IMG/VR virus record: IMGVR_UViG_3300021060_000040
Location: 32,001 to 96,000 of that record
Reading direction: 5' to 3' (one strand)
Source: a virus
Lineage: Duplodnaviria; Caudoviricetes
DNA: 64,000 nucleotides
Shown here: positions 40,468-49,720 of the stretch, piece after piece
Layout of the letters: each line of letters opens with the position of its first letter
How positions within the stretch are numbered: position 1 is the stretch's first letter
Made by a program: the position numbers and the translations under genes
Notes under the pieces: generated by a model
Databases searched by the model: none
Seen by the model: only the letters and a program-made list of their open reading frames with translations
What the model was told of the DNA's origin: nothing

Positions 40468-40967
40468 TGCGTCGCCCGTTCAAACCTGCTCCCGAACCAA
40501 AACCCGTGCCCGGGTCCGGCTCCGAGGAGTCGGCGCCCCGGCCGGCAATGCCTCTCCCTGGTTCTTCGGCACGCCGGGATCCGGAAGCGGAGAAGGAGCT
40601 TGTTCGCGCCACGGCCGATCTCGGGTTCTCCCGGGAAAGCCATGCAGCACGGACTTCGGCGCCGGAGCCGACGCCTCCGACTGAGCCCGTAACGCCGCCG
40701 GAACCGGAAGCGGAACCAGACCCCGCACCGGCCCGTGCGCCAACGACAGCAAAGCGCGTCGCAAAGAAGCCACTGCCGGCCCCTGTGGTGTCGGAGTCGA
40801 GTTGGAGCATCAAGTTCGACGCTGACGACACCCTCTATACCGAGCTGCTGCTCGAGTCGCGTAAGCGGCGCGTGACCTTGAAGTACCTGATTCTGGAGAT
40901 CCTCAAGGCTCAGGGGTATACGGTCGACCTCGACAAGGCCCAGCAAGACGGTCGGCGGAACAGGTAG
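40464..40967 (+). CDS. ParG-like centromere-binding protein (disordered N-terminus + RHH)
   Basis: Coupled to parA; C-terminal WSIKFDADDTLYTELLLESRKRRVTLKYLILEIL. Confidence 0.7.
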   Translation: MMRRPFKPAPEPKPVPGSGSEESAPRPAMPLPGSSARRDPEAEKELVRATADLGFSRESHAARTSAPEPTPPTEPVTPPEPEAEPDPAPARAPTTAKRVAKKPLPAPVVSESSWSIKFDADDTLYTELLLESRKRRVTLKYLILEILKAQGYTVDLDKAQQDGRRNR

Positions 40968-41000
40968 GGGAGGGGGGGGCGAAGATCCGAGGACTAGGAC

Positions 41001-41288
41001 ATGGGTAGGCACATAGAGCTCAAAACGACTGTCGGCGCTTCAAGTACGTTGATTGATCGGGATATGCTGTTTGTCATGACTGAGACGAATGTCATGGCGG
41101 AGCTGCACGAGTTGCTTGACGCCTTGGAGACTGAGGCTCAGCTGCGCGGTGAGATCCTCGACCGGCTCTCAAAGCGGATCAACGCGATCTCGGAGAGGAT
41201 TGCGCGTGGGGTTGTCCGCGAAGTCGATAATCTACTTGTAGGACGCCCCGAGTTGCCGGGTGCTTACATGTTGCCGGCTCGCGAATAG
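41001..41288 (+). CDS. hypothetical protein
   Basis: RBS AGGA; lower GC3. Confidence 0.45.
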   Translation: MGRHIELKTTVGASSTLIDRDMLFVMTETNVMAELHELLDALETEAQLRGEILDRLSKRINAISERIARGVVREVDNLLVGRPELPGAYMLPARE

Positions 41289-41479
41289 CCGCGAGCGTCT
41301 CTGTAATAATTCCGACATAGAGCGGCATTCTGCACAGGTCAAAAATATCTAAGTGACAACATTGTGCAAGGTCGCCATTTGCGCTTGCAAGCGGAGCGCA
41401 AATGCGGCATCCCGGCTCGATAGATCCGACGGCAGTCCGAGGATCAATCGCCTTCTGCTAGGGAGCAGTGGACGTCGCC

Positions 41480-41884
41480 ATGAAATGGTACGCTACAGTT
41501 GTATTCCGGTCGGAGGAGTTTGGGTCTATCGACGTCGAGTTCTTCTTCAACAGTATGGGGGATCTGGAAGATCTAATCAAAAATCACCCGAGCGCAGAGT
41601 CCGTTTCGGAAGTGAGGATGATTCCGGCTGCGATCGCTGAGCTTCCGGACAGGCTGACACCGACACTGGAATCACTTGTTCGCCGCTTGGAGGCAGTTGA
41701 TGTAATAAAAAATGCGGCGGTTGAAGGGGCTCGACAGGTCGTCGAACGCTCTAGATATGCCGAGCAACTTGTAGGAGATTATGCACATGGACAACCGCAA
41801 GTGTGTCAACTGGTTGGCCTGCTGCAACTTTGCAGCCCTCTCTCTACTCCTGGGGATGTCGAACCCTTCGCTCGCGCAAGATAA
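41480..41884 (+). CDS. hypothetical protein
   Basis: ORF after degenerate motif at about 41379; lower GC. Confidence 0.45.
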   Translation: MKWYATVVFRSEEFGSIDVEFFFNSMGDLEDLIKNHPSAESVSEVRMIPAAIAELPDRLTPTLESLVRRLEAVDVIKNAAVEGARQVVERSRYAEQLVGDYAHGQPQVCQLVGLLQLCSPLSTPGDVEPFARAR

Positions 41885-42112
41885 CGTCCGCGAGCGGAAT
41901 GCGCTCATCGACATCGCCATCGAACAGGCCAAGCAGAGCGAGATGATGCGGTTGCAGGAGCAGCGTGAACACGAGCGGGCTTGGCGTGAGTCGAACGACC
42001 GGGTCAACGCAGCGCGCGACGCTATCTCTGCCCGTCGATTCGACAAGAAATAGATATCAGGCCCCCGCCGCGGCCTTCGGCCAATCGAGGGCCGAGACTG
42101 GTTTACAATCCA

Positions 42113-42499
42113 ATGGGGTCACGGATCTTCGTCTTCGGCTCGAACACCGAGGGGCGGCACGGCATAGGTGCCGCCAAGTTCGCTGTTGAGCACTACGGCG
42201 CGATCTACGGACAAGCCGAGGGCTTGCAGGGATCGTCATACGGCATCCCGACTCGAGACGGCCGCCCGCGCAAAATTACGAGCCTGCCGCTCTCGACCAT
42301 CACGTTCCACGTCGTGCGCTTCATTCTGTTCGCGCGTTCGCGACCGGACCTGCGTTTCAACGTCACCCGGATCGGCTGCGGGAAGGCCGGCTTCCAGGAT
42401 CTCGATATGGCGCCGCTGTTCTACGGTGCTCCCGACAATTGCGACCTGCCGGAAGGCTGGCGAGTGATCGCCGCCCAAACCCACGGGCGCGCAACGTAG
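42113..42499 (+). CDS. macro-like phage protein (IFVFGSN family)
   Basis: IFVFGSNTEGRHGIGAA...SYGIPT...VTRIGCGKAG. Confidence 0.75.
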   Translation: MGSRIFVFGSNTEGRHGIGAAKFAVEHYGAIYGQAEGLQGSSYGIPTRDGRPRKITSLPLSTITFHVVRFILFARSRPDLRFNVTRIGCGKAGFQDLDMAPLFYGAPDNCDLPEGWRVIAAQTHGRAT

Positions 42500-42517
42500 C
42501 TGGAGAAGGGGAGGGGG

Positions 42518-42895
42518 ATGCTACGCCCGGACAATGCCACTCAGGACGTGGACTGCGCTGGCTGCACGGCCTGCTGCCGGCGAGAGCTCGTTGTCCTGCA
42601 GCCGTTCGAGAGCCCGGTCGGCTATCGGACGAAGGAGAACATCAATCCGCTGAGCGGCAAGCCCGAGCGTGTCCTCGAGCACCGGGAGAACGGCGACTGC
42701 GTCTACCTGGGGGAGGGCGGTTGCACCATCTACGAGCGGCGGCCGGCCATGTGCCGCGGCTTCTCCTGCGCCGGCCTGGTTCGCAGCCTTTCGGCGCAGA
42801 TCCCCAGGCAGCTGCGCCGCAAAATGCTCCGGGACGGCCGGCTGGACGCGGCCGTTTGGGATGCCGGCAGCCGCCGGCTTCAGGCTCAGCCATGA
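42518..42895 (+). CDS. YkgJ-family CxxCxxCC protein
   Basis: CAGCTACC...GDCVYL..GCTIYERRPAMCRGF. Confidence 0.8.
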   Translation: MLRPDNATQDVDCAGCTACCRRELVVLQPFESPVGYRTKENINPLSGKPERVLEHRENGDCVYLGEGGCTIYERRPAMCRGFSCAGLVRSLSAQIPRQLRRKMLRDGRLDAAVWDAGSRRLQAQP

Positions 42896-43104
42896 GCGCT
42901 CGGCCGGGGCGGCCCTTCTCCCCCAACGATGCGCAACGGGAGTGGCTGCGCCGCTTCGATGGCTCAAGCGCATACATTCCGGGCGCGAGGATCACGATCG
43001 CCGAGCTCCACGAGCTGCTGGACGCCGGACTCTTGGTGCTGTCCAAATCGCTCGCTGGCTACAGCCGGGCTCAGGCCGAGCCGGAGATGCGCGAGGCGGT
43101 CTGA
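42892..43104 (+). CDS. hypothetical protein
   Basis: ATGA coupling. Confidence 0.45.
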   Translation: MSARPGRPFSPNDAQREWLRRFDGSSAYIPGARITIAELHELLDAGLLVLSKSLAGYSRAQAEPEMREAV

Positions 43105-43273
43105 AGGTGTGGAAATCGAACCCTCTCGGATTGACCGCGTCCGTGGGCACTGGCATCAAAATGGGGCTCCCGCCGGCTTCGGCCCTACGGGGGCACGAAG
43201 GCTCGAACGGGGATGAATCATTCCCCCGGCGGGCCTTCACCTTTTCGGCCCCCCGATCGTTAGGGGGGGCGCG

Positions 43274-43675
43274 ATGATCGTCATCGTCTGCGGCGGCCGA
43301 GACTACCTGGATCGCAACACCGTCTTCGCCGAGCTCGACCGGATCGACGAGTGGCTGATGATCAGCTGCCTCGTTGAAGGTGGCCAGCGCACCTTCGACC
43401 GGGACACCGGCAAATGCATCGGCGGCGCCGACTATCACGCCAACCGCTGGGCCTACAGCCGGAACATTCCCTGCAGCACGGTGAGGGCGGATTGGATGCG
43501 CTGGGGCGCGGCCGCCGGCAACATCCGCAACCAGCGCATGCTCGATCTCTGGAAGCCGGAGCGCGTGATCAGCTTCCCCGGCAAGAACGGCACGGCCGAT
43601 ATGATCGAACGGGCCGGACTAGCCGGTGTGAAGGTGATCCGCGCCGGCGTCCGCCTGGTGCCGGCCGTCGCGTAG
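43274..43675 (+). CDS. YspA/DUF2493 SLOG-superfamily protein
   Basis: VIVCGGRDY...GAD...ADW..WG.AAG.IRNQRML...FPG.NGTADM. Confidence 0.85.
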   Translation: MIVIVCGGRDYLDRNTVFAELDRIDEWLMISCLVEGGQRTFDRDTGKCIGGADYHANRWAYSRNIPCSTVRADWMRWGAAAGNIRNQRMLDLWKPERVISFPGKNGTADMIERAGLAGVKVIRAGVRLVPAVA

Positions 43676-43677
43676 GC

Positions 43678-44082
43678 TTACGGGACCAAGCCGGCCTCGA
43701 ACTTCTTGTACCAAGCGTCGACTGGGCCCCAGTGAATCCCCATGCGGAAGGCGGCCTGGTTGGGGATCGTCTTTTTCTGCCAAAGCGCGAACAGGAAGCG
43801 TTGCCCCTTAGGCGTGAGGTGCCGGTTCTTACCCTTGGTCCATTCTGGATCGATGTAGTTGTCGTCCTCAGGCTCCTGCTGCTCGTCCTGAGCCTGTTCG
43901 GGCTTCGGGTCGGAGTTCGGCTGCGGCTCGCTGCCACCAAACATCGCCGCGAACGCCGCCTTCACCCCATCCATCTGGCCGGGAAGCGGAGCATCGCCAT
44001 CGATCATCGCCAAGCCCATGCCAATCATGACGTGGCCGGCCCGAATGAGCGCGATGGCGTCGTTGAACTGCGTCTGAGACAT
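43678..44082 (-). CDS. hypothetical protein (possible C-terminal HTH)
   Basis: Antisense ORF with RBS GGAG. Confidence 0.5.
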   Translation of the reverse strand: MSQTQFNDAIALIRAGHVMIGMGLAMIDGDAPLPGQMDGVKAAFAAMFGGSEPQPNSDPKPEQAQDEQQEPEDDNYIDPEWTKGKNRHLTPKGQRFLFALWQKKTIPNQAAFRMGIHWGPVDAWYKKFEAGLVP

Positions 44083-44277
44083 AAGGCTTCTCCGTGTCAC
44101 GTCCGATGAGAGAAGCTAGATCCTTACACTGAGGAGCGCAAGGGAAATCAGAGGATACGGAGGATACGCCGCTTGCCACGCTTGCGCATTTGCGCTATTG
44201 CAAGCGTAAAGCAAACGAGGCCGCAGGATGGGCTGGGATATCGAAGTGCAGGGCGATCGCCACACCGGGGACCACCC

Positions 44278-44499
44278 GTGACGCTCGAGATCTGGAGCTA
44301 CACGACCCTGTCGTGCCCGGACACCGTCTGGGACGAGCTGAACCGGCAGCGGGCGCAGTTTCTGCTGCTGATCGACCGGGAGATGCCGGCCGGGCTCAAG
44401 CTCTCGCGCCGCTCGCGCCGCCGCTGGCGGGGCAGGGGAGGGGTCTGGGCCTACGATCCCGAAATCCGTGAACTCGGCGAGAAGGCCGGCCTTCTGTGA
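44278..44499 (+). CDS. hypothetical protein
   Basis: After motif copy at 44190; GTGA coupling. Confidence 0.45.
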   Translation: MTLEIWSYTTLSCPDTVWDELNRQRAQFLLLIDREMPAGLKLSRRSRRRWRGRGGVWAYDPEIRELGEKAGLL

Positions 44500-45095
44500 T
44501 CGCGGACAACGACAACACACCGTTCAGCGAGCTGACGGGCAGCTGGTACGACATGATCATGGCCGACCCACCATGGCTGTTCAAACTGAGGTCCGAAAAG
44601 AACCTGCTGAAGTCGCCGCAGGGCAAGTATCGCTGCATGCCGCTGCCGGAGATCAAGCGGCTGCCGGTCGCGGATCTCGCGGCTCGGGACAGCCTGCTCT
44701 GGCTCTGGACCACCAACCCGATGATCGACCAGGGCCTCGAGGTCCTGAAGCACTGGGGATTCACGTTCAAGACCGCCGGCCACTGGGCGAAGATCACGAA
44801 GACCGGCAAGCAGTCCTTCGGGCCGGGCTACATCCTGCGGTGCGCCGGCGAGCCGTTCCTGATCGGCACCCGCGGCAAGCCGAAGGCCACCAAGGCGGTC
44901 CGCTCCGTCATCCTGGGCCTCATCCGAGAGCACTCGCGCAAGCCCGAGGAGGCGTACCGCGAGGCTGAGAAGCTGATGCCCGACGCGCGACGGCTCGACC
45001 TCTTCACCAGGCAGACCCGCCAGGGTTGGACACCCTGGGGCGACGAGGCGACCAAGTTCGACGCACCCACCCTTCCATTTGCAGCAGCAGCATGA
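44496..45095 (+). CDS. MT-A70 family N6-adenine methyltransferase
   Basis: YDMIMADPPW, LWLWTTNP, WGF.FKT...W.K, REHSRKPE, LDLFTR...GWTPWGDE. Confidence 0.92.
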   Translation: MIADNDNTPFSELTGSWYDMIMADPPWLFKLRSEKNLLKSPQGKYRCMPLPEIKRLPVADLAARDSLLWLWTTNPMIDQGLEVLKHWGFTFKTAGHWAKITKTGKQSFGPGYILRCAGEPFLIGTRGKPKATKAVRSVILGLIREHSRKPEEAYREAEKLMPDARRLDLFTRQTRQGWTPWGDEATKFDAPTLPFAAAA

Positions 45096-46120
45096 AGACG
45101 ATCGTCCGAACATTGTTCGGCTCGCACCTGTACGGCACGTCCACTCCAGACTCCGATACCGACTACAAGTCCGTCCACCTCCCGCGCGGCCGTGACGTCC
45201 TGCTCCACAAGACGAAGCCGGTCATCTCGATCAGGACGAAAATCGATAACAGGGCGAAGAATACCGCTCAGGACATCGACGACGAGTCGTTCACCCTTCA
45301 CAAATACTTCGACCAGCTCCAAGAGGGCGATATCGTCGCCCTTGATATGCTCTTCGCCACCGAGAAATCGTTGGTGCTCAAAACCCCGGAATGGGAGGCG
45401 ATCCAGGCCGTGCGGCCGCGACTGCTTCACCGGAGCCCGAAGGGCGCCATCGGCTACATGAAGCGGCAGGTCGCGAAGTACGGTGTGAAGGGCTCCCGGG
45501 TCGCCACGACGCGAGCCGCGCTCGGGCAGCTCAATGCCTGGATCGGCACCTATGGGTCACAAGCCAAGCTGTCGTTCTTCGAGGACGACGTCCGCACCTT
45601 CGCCGCGGCCCATGAACATTCATCGGTCATCGGGATCCAGCAGGTCGATGGCTCTCAGCTGCCGCACTGGGAGGTCTGCGACCGCAAGCTGCCGCTGACG
45701 GTCAGCCTGAAGGAGTGTCAGAACGTCCTCACCCGGTTGTTCGAGAATTACGGCGACCGGGCGTTGAGAGCCGAAAAAAACCAGGGCGTCGATTGGAAGG
45801 CGGTCAGCCACGCGGTGCGGGCTGGCTACCAAACGATCGAGCTCTTGAACTACGGCAACATCACCTTCCCGCGCCCTGAGGCCGACTACATCCTCAAGGT
45901 GAAGCGCGGCTTGCTCGATTACACAGACGTCCAGCACGAGCTCGAATGGCTCCTCGATGGTGTCGAGCAGGCCTCCGCGACTTCGCCCCTCCCCGAATCC
46001 GTCGACCGCGATCTGATGAACAGCATCGTGCTCGACCTCTACGAGAACCAGGTCCTCGACAGCCCTGGCTCCAACTCCGACTGGTGGCCCGGCCACCTTG
46101 CCGAAAGGGCGGCCGCATGA
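45092..46120 (+). CDS. Pol-beta superfamily nucleotidyltransferase (RlaP-like)
   Basis: FGSHLYGTSTPDSDTD; DWKAVSHAVR...G.ITFPRP...LKVKRG. Confidence 0.85.
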   Translation: MKTIVRTLFGSHLYGTSTPDSDTDYKSVHLPRGRDVLLHKTKPVISIRTKIDNRAKNTAQDIDDESFTLHKYFDQLQEGDIVALDMLFATEKSLVLKTPEWEAIQAVRPRLLHRSPKGAIGYMKRQVAKYGVKGSRVATTRAALGQLNAWIGTYGSQAKLSFFEDDVRTFAAAHEHSSVIGIQQVDGSQLPHWEVCDRKLPLTVSLKECQNVLTRLFENYGDRALRAEKNQGVDWKAVSHAVRAGYQTIELLNYGNITFPRPEADYILKVKRGLLDYTDVQHELEWLLDGVEQASATSPLPESVDRDLMNSIVLDLYENQVLDSPGSNSDWWPGHLAERAAA

Positions 46121-46689
46121 ACGACAATGACCCCAGGATCCGGCGCATCGTCGGGCCGACCATCAAGATCTTCGGCGGAAGCTACTACGACTTCCTCGAC
46201 CCCGAGAGCTCCCGATACACGATCGAGGATGTCGCGCACGCGCTGTCGCAGATCTGCCGGTTCAACGGGCACACCGATCGGTTCTATTCTGTGGCGCAGC
46301 ACAGCGTGCTGGCGAGCTTCCATGTCGCGCCGGGCTACGAATACGACGCGCTGATGCACGACGCCCCGGAATTCGTGGTCGGCGACGTGACCTCGCCGCT
46401 GGGCAGTCTGCTGCCCGACTACAAGGCGCTCAAGAAGCTGCACGAGACCGCGGTGTGTCGGCGCTTCGGCGTGACCTACCCATTCCCGGAGGCGGTCCAC
46501 GAGATCGACATCCGGATGCTGCGCACCGAGCAGGAGCAGCTGATGGATGCGGCCAACGACGATTGGGGGATCACCCACGGCGTCGAGCCGATCCCGGTCA
46601 GGCTGGCACCCTGGTCGCCGGCCGAAGCCAAGGACCGGTTCCTCGACCGCTACCACCAACTCCGCGCAGCCGCGGTGCTCGCCGCGTGA
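46117..46689 (+). CDS. HD-domain 5'-deoxynucleotidase-like hydrolase
   Basis: AHALSQICRFNGH..FYSVAQHS...LMHDAPE..GD..SP. Confidence 0.88.
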   Translation: MNDNDPRIRRIVGPTIKIFGGSYYDFLDPESSRYTIEDVAHALSQICRFNGHTDRFYSVAQHSVLASFHVAPGYEYDALMHDAPEFVVGDVTSPLGSLLPDYKALKKLHETAVCRRFGVTYPFPEAVHEIDIRMLRTEQEQLMDAANDDWGITHGVEPIPVRLAPWSPAEAKDRFLDRYHQLRAAAVLAA

Positions 46690-46691
46690 GC

Positions 46692-46958
46692 ATGGACCTG
46701 GTCAACGCCGCCTTCGAGCTTGGCGGCACGCTGCTGATGGTGCCGACGCTCATGCGGTCCTGGCGCCTCCGCGAGGTCCGCGGCGTCCACCTGTCCACGC
46801 CCCTGTTCTTCTGGGGCTGGGGCCTCTGGAACATCCTCTACTACCCGGCGCTCGGGCAGTCCTGGTCGTTCGCCGCCGGCTGCCTCCTCGCCCTCACCAA
46901 CACGCTCTGGATCGGCACGGTCTGGGCGCTCACTCCGAAGGAGAGATCGGACGCATGA
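46692..46958 (+). CDS. 3-TM PQ-loop/SemiSWEET-like membrane protein
   Basis: 88 aa, three hydrophobic helices, VPTL..SWR..EVRGV, WG.WN..YY. Confidence 0.5.
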   Translation: MDLVNAAFELGGTLLMVPTLMRSWRLREVRGVHLSTPLFFWGWGLWNILYYPALGQSWSFAAGCLLALTNTLWIGTVWALTPKERSDA

Positions 46959-48610
46959 AATCGAACCTGGCAACCGCCTACGACAACTGGTGGAACGAGC
47001 ATCCGGACCCGGTGTTCGACGCCGCCGCCGCGGCGATGGAGCGGCACTTCCACGACGTCGTCGCGCGCTTCGACAAGAAGCTGTTCCTCGTCGACATCGG
47101 CGCGAGCAATCTGTTCGAGATCTACCTCAACAGCTTCCCGGCCGCCGACCGACAGTACCACAACTGCAATACCTGCAAGGGCTTCATCCGTAAGTACGGG
47201 CGCCTGGTCGCCGTCGATCCGGCCGGCCAGCTGGTCTCGGCGTGCTGGCCCGACAGCGATGCGGTGCCTCAGCTCTACCGGCCGGCCTTCGCTGCCATGC
47301 GCGCCGCGGTCCTGTCGGGCAAGATCGACCGGCAGTTCCTGTCCAGCCAGGATGAATGGGGCAAGCACGAGCTCGGCGGATGGAGCCACTTCGCGCTCTA
47401 CCCGCCGCAGTCGATCCGCTACGACAAGAAGCCGGGCCTCAATGCCAACCAGGCCATGGCGCTGGCCAAGCAGAACTACGGCACGTTGAGCCACGGGCTC
47501 GCCGACTACCCGCGCGAGATCGTCGCCCAGGCGGTGAACCTCCTGCAGGCCGACGCGCTCTACCGGGCCGAGAAGGTGCTCGGGCCGGCGCAGTTCCTGC
47601 TGCAACTGCACGACGACATCGCGGCAGCCGGCCGTGACAGCCGCGCCCGGTCGAACCTGATCTGGCGGGCGGTCGTCAACGCGCCAAAGGGCTTCTGCAC
47701 CCCGCGCGGCTCCATGGTCGGCACGCTGATGGACGACATCAAGGCCGGCAAGTCGGTGGACATGGTCGCCCGGGGCTTCGCCGCCAAGATGAATCCGAAC
47801 CGCTATCAGCGCCCGACCGCGGCGCCGGCGGCCGGCAACATCCTCCAAGCCGAGAAGATCGTGGCCGAGCTGGGGATCGCCAACTCCCTGCGTCGGCGCT
47901 TCGCCCGACTCGAGGACCTCGATGCCCTGTGGCTGCCGAAGCCGCTCAACGACAACACGCCGGAGCCGGCCCTGTCGGTGTTCGCCGGCCTGATGCCGAA
48001 GAAGACCACCCCCAAGACCCCGGACCTCGAGGCACCCGTCCAGGCGATCACCTTCGAGAAATTCCGCCGGACGGTCCTGCCGAACGCCCTGCGGATCCAA
48101 GCCTACATGGAGAGCCAGATCTCGGGCATCGCGCTGCTGACCGCGGCCGACCCCGATGCGCCGCCGATCATCCAGTGGGACCTCCCGGAGCGCCGCAACC
48201 CGCTCTCTTGGTACGTCTACCCGACCCGCCTCGGCATCGCCGACGTTCCGTCGCGGTGGAACCTGCAAACCGGCACCTGGGTCGAGGTGAACGCGATCAC
48301 CCTGCAGCCGTCGCTCTGGCGTGACGAGGAGGGCTTTGCCCATCAGGGCAAGAGCGCGATCCTGGTGCTCGCTGGCGCCCGAGACACGCACCCGACCGGC
48401 GGCAACGGGTTGTTCCCGGAGATCCTGAAGTCGGAGCTCCACCAAGTACGTGCCACGATCGAGGCGCATGCCCGCCGGACACCGGCCGAGGGGCAGATGC
48501 TGGCCACGGCCTGCGGCGTCCGGGTCGCCGGCGGTGGCACCCGCTCGCAAACGGTTTCGGTGACCACAGCGCTCGGCCGGGCGCGCTACCGCATCGACCG
48601 CTGGGACTAG
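46955..48610 (+). CDS. large conserved-looking hypothetical phage protein
   Basis: 551 aa; YHNCNTCKGFIRKYG, WSHF, KMNP.RYQRP, RRFA, RNPLSWY, LFPEILKSELH. Confidence 0.8.
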   Translation: MKSNLATAYDNWWNEHPDPVFDAAAAAMERHFHDVVARFDKKLFLVDIGASNLFEIYLNSFPAADRQYHNCNTCKGFIRKYGRLVAVDPAGQLVSACWPDSDAVPQLYRPAFAAMRAAVLSGKIDRQFLSSQDEWGKHELGGWSHFALYPPQSIRYDKKPGLNANQAMALAKQNYGTLSHGLADYPREIVAQAVNLLQADALYRAEKVLGPAQFLLQLHDDIAAAGRDSRARSNLIWRAVVNAPKGFCTPRGSMVGTLMDDIKAGKSVDMVARGFAAKMNPNRYQRPTAAPAAGNILQAEKIVAELGIANSLRRRFARLEDLDALWLPKPLNDNTPEPALSVFAGLMPKKTTPKTPDLEAPVQAITFEKFRRTVLPNALRIQAYMESQISGIALLTAADPDAPPIIQWDLPERRNPLSWYVYPTRLGIADVPSRWNLQTGTWVEVNAITLQPSLWRDEEGFAHQGKSAILVLAGARDTHPTGGNGLFPEILKSELHQVRATIEAHARRTPAEGQMLATACGVRVAGGGTRSQTVSVTTALGRARYRIDRWD

Positions 48611-48612
48611 CG

Positions 48613-48831
48613 GTGTCGGCCGAGCAACAGCAGGCGGAGGCGGCGAGAGCCGCCCTCGTCCAGGCGCTCCGCGCCGGCCGGGATACCTTCCAGATGCCGA
48701 TCTTCCCGGGCGGATTCAGCAACGAGCTCGCCCAGGCGATTGAGCTGGTGGTCGAGGCTCGGATCGCCGTGCGCGAGCGCGAGATCCTCGCGCACCTGGA
48801 TCGGATCTTCCCAGAAGAGGCAGCATGCTGA
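48613..48831 (+). CDS. hypothetical protein
   Basis: Coupled ORF. Confidence 0.45.
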   Translation: MSAEQQQAEAARAALVQALRAGRDTFQMPIFPGGFSNELAQAIELVVEARIAVREREILAHLDRIFPEEAAC

Positions 48832-49100
48832 CGTGGACCAAGGTGCTGCCCGCCAAGGGCAAGAAGGAAGACGACCTTGAGCGCTGGGACGGGAGGCTCG
48901 GGTCGGTTCACTGTGCGCTGCTGACCAAGCTGGCGGCCTACACGCAACCCGAGTGCTGGCGCGTGATGGTCTGGCTGCACTGGAAGGACGCCAAGACGCT
49001 GTTTGGCCAAAGCCGGGAGGACGCCATGACATTGGCCGACGCGGCGATCGCCGGCGAGCTTGAGGCGATGGGCCTGCAGCGCAAGCCCGCCGATGGGTGA
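48825..49100 (+). CDS. hypothetical protein
   Basis: RBS GAGG, coupled. Confidence 0.5.
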   Translation: MLTWTKVLPAKGKKEDDLERWDGRLGSVHCALLTKLAAYTQPECWRVMVWLHWKDAKTLFGQSREDAMTLADAAIAGELEAMGLQRKPADG

Positions 49101-49374
49101 GGTCCACGACTTCGAGCGCTTCTACGCGGCCAAATGCGCTGATCTCGGCCTGAAGGTCTCGCCCGACAGCGCGCTGGAGCTGATCGGCCAGATGCAGGGC
49201 GAGTACGTCCGGCAATTTCAGGTTCGCTGGGCGATCAACATGGAGCTTGCCGACGGCATCTTCCGGCCGGCCGCCGCGGCCGACGCCGAGAAGCTCAGGC
49301 AGCTGAGAGAGACGGACGAGCGCACCCGGATGTTCGATCCGCGAGTGCTGGGGGAGATGGTACAGGGACGATGA
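49093..49374 (+). CDS. hypothetical protein
   Basis: Overlapping start MGEVHD. Confidence 0.5.
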   Translation: MGEVHDFERFYAAKCADLGLKVSPDSALELIGQMQGEYVRQFQVRWAINMELADGIFRPAAAADAEKLRQLRETDERTRMFDPRVLGEMVQGR

Positions 49375-49453
49375 GCGGACAGAAGATCATCACCGGGCTG
49401 GAGGAGGCGCTTGCCTACCTGACGCCGCACCCGCAGACGATGGCGCAGGCGGC

Positions 49454-49660
49454 GTGATGATCGGGCTTCAGGAGCGGATCGAGCTGATCAAGTCTCGGAT
49501 CGAGAAAGCGCTCGGCATGCTCAACGTCCATTCCTACTCGGTCCTGATCGACGGGGAGGTCTGGCGCGCTTCCATCATGCGCAGCGAAGATGGGAAGCCG
49601 CTGACGGGCGTTGGCACGACGGCCGATGCCGCGATCGACGCCGCTCTTGCGAATGCCTGA
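49454..49660 (+). CDS. hypothetical protein
   Basis: GC3-rich small ORF. Confidence 0.45.
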   Translation: MMIGLQERIELIKSRIEKALGMLNVHSYSVLIDGEVWRASIMRSEDGKPLTGVGTTADAAIDAALANA

Positions 49661-49720
49661 CGCTGCGGAGCATCACCCATTCCACCGCTGGTCCTAAACA
49701 AGCACTGCTGCGATCCCGAG

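Noticed and set aside
43104-43127. tRNA gene (minus-strand GGTTCGATT T-loop-like sequence)
   Set aside because: T-stem pairs poorly and no cloverleaf could be built; no tRNA recognised anywhere in the window
29366-46689. Z-genome (2-aminoadenine) pathway suggested by MazG-like + HD hydrolase
   Set aside because: No PurZ homologue in the window, and the two genes are unlinked
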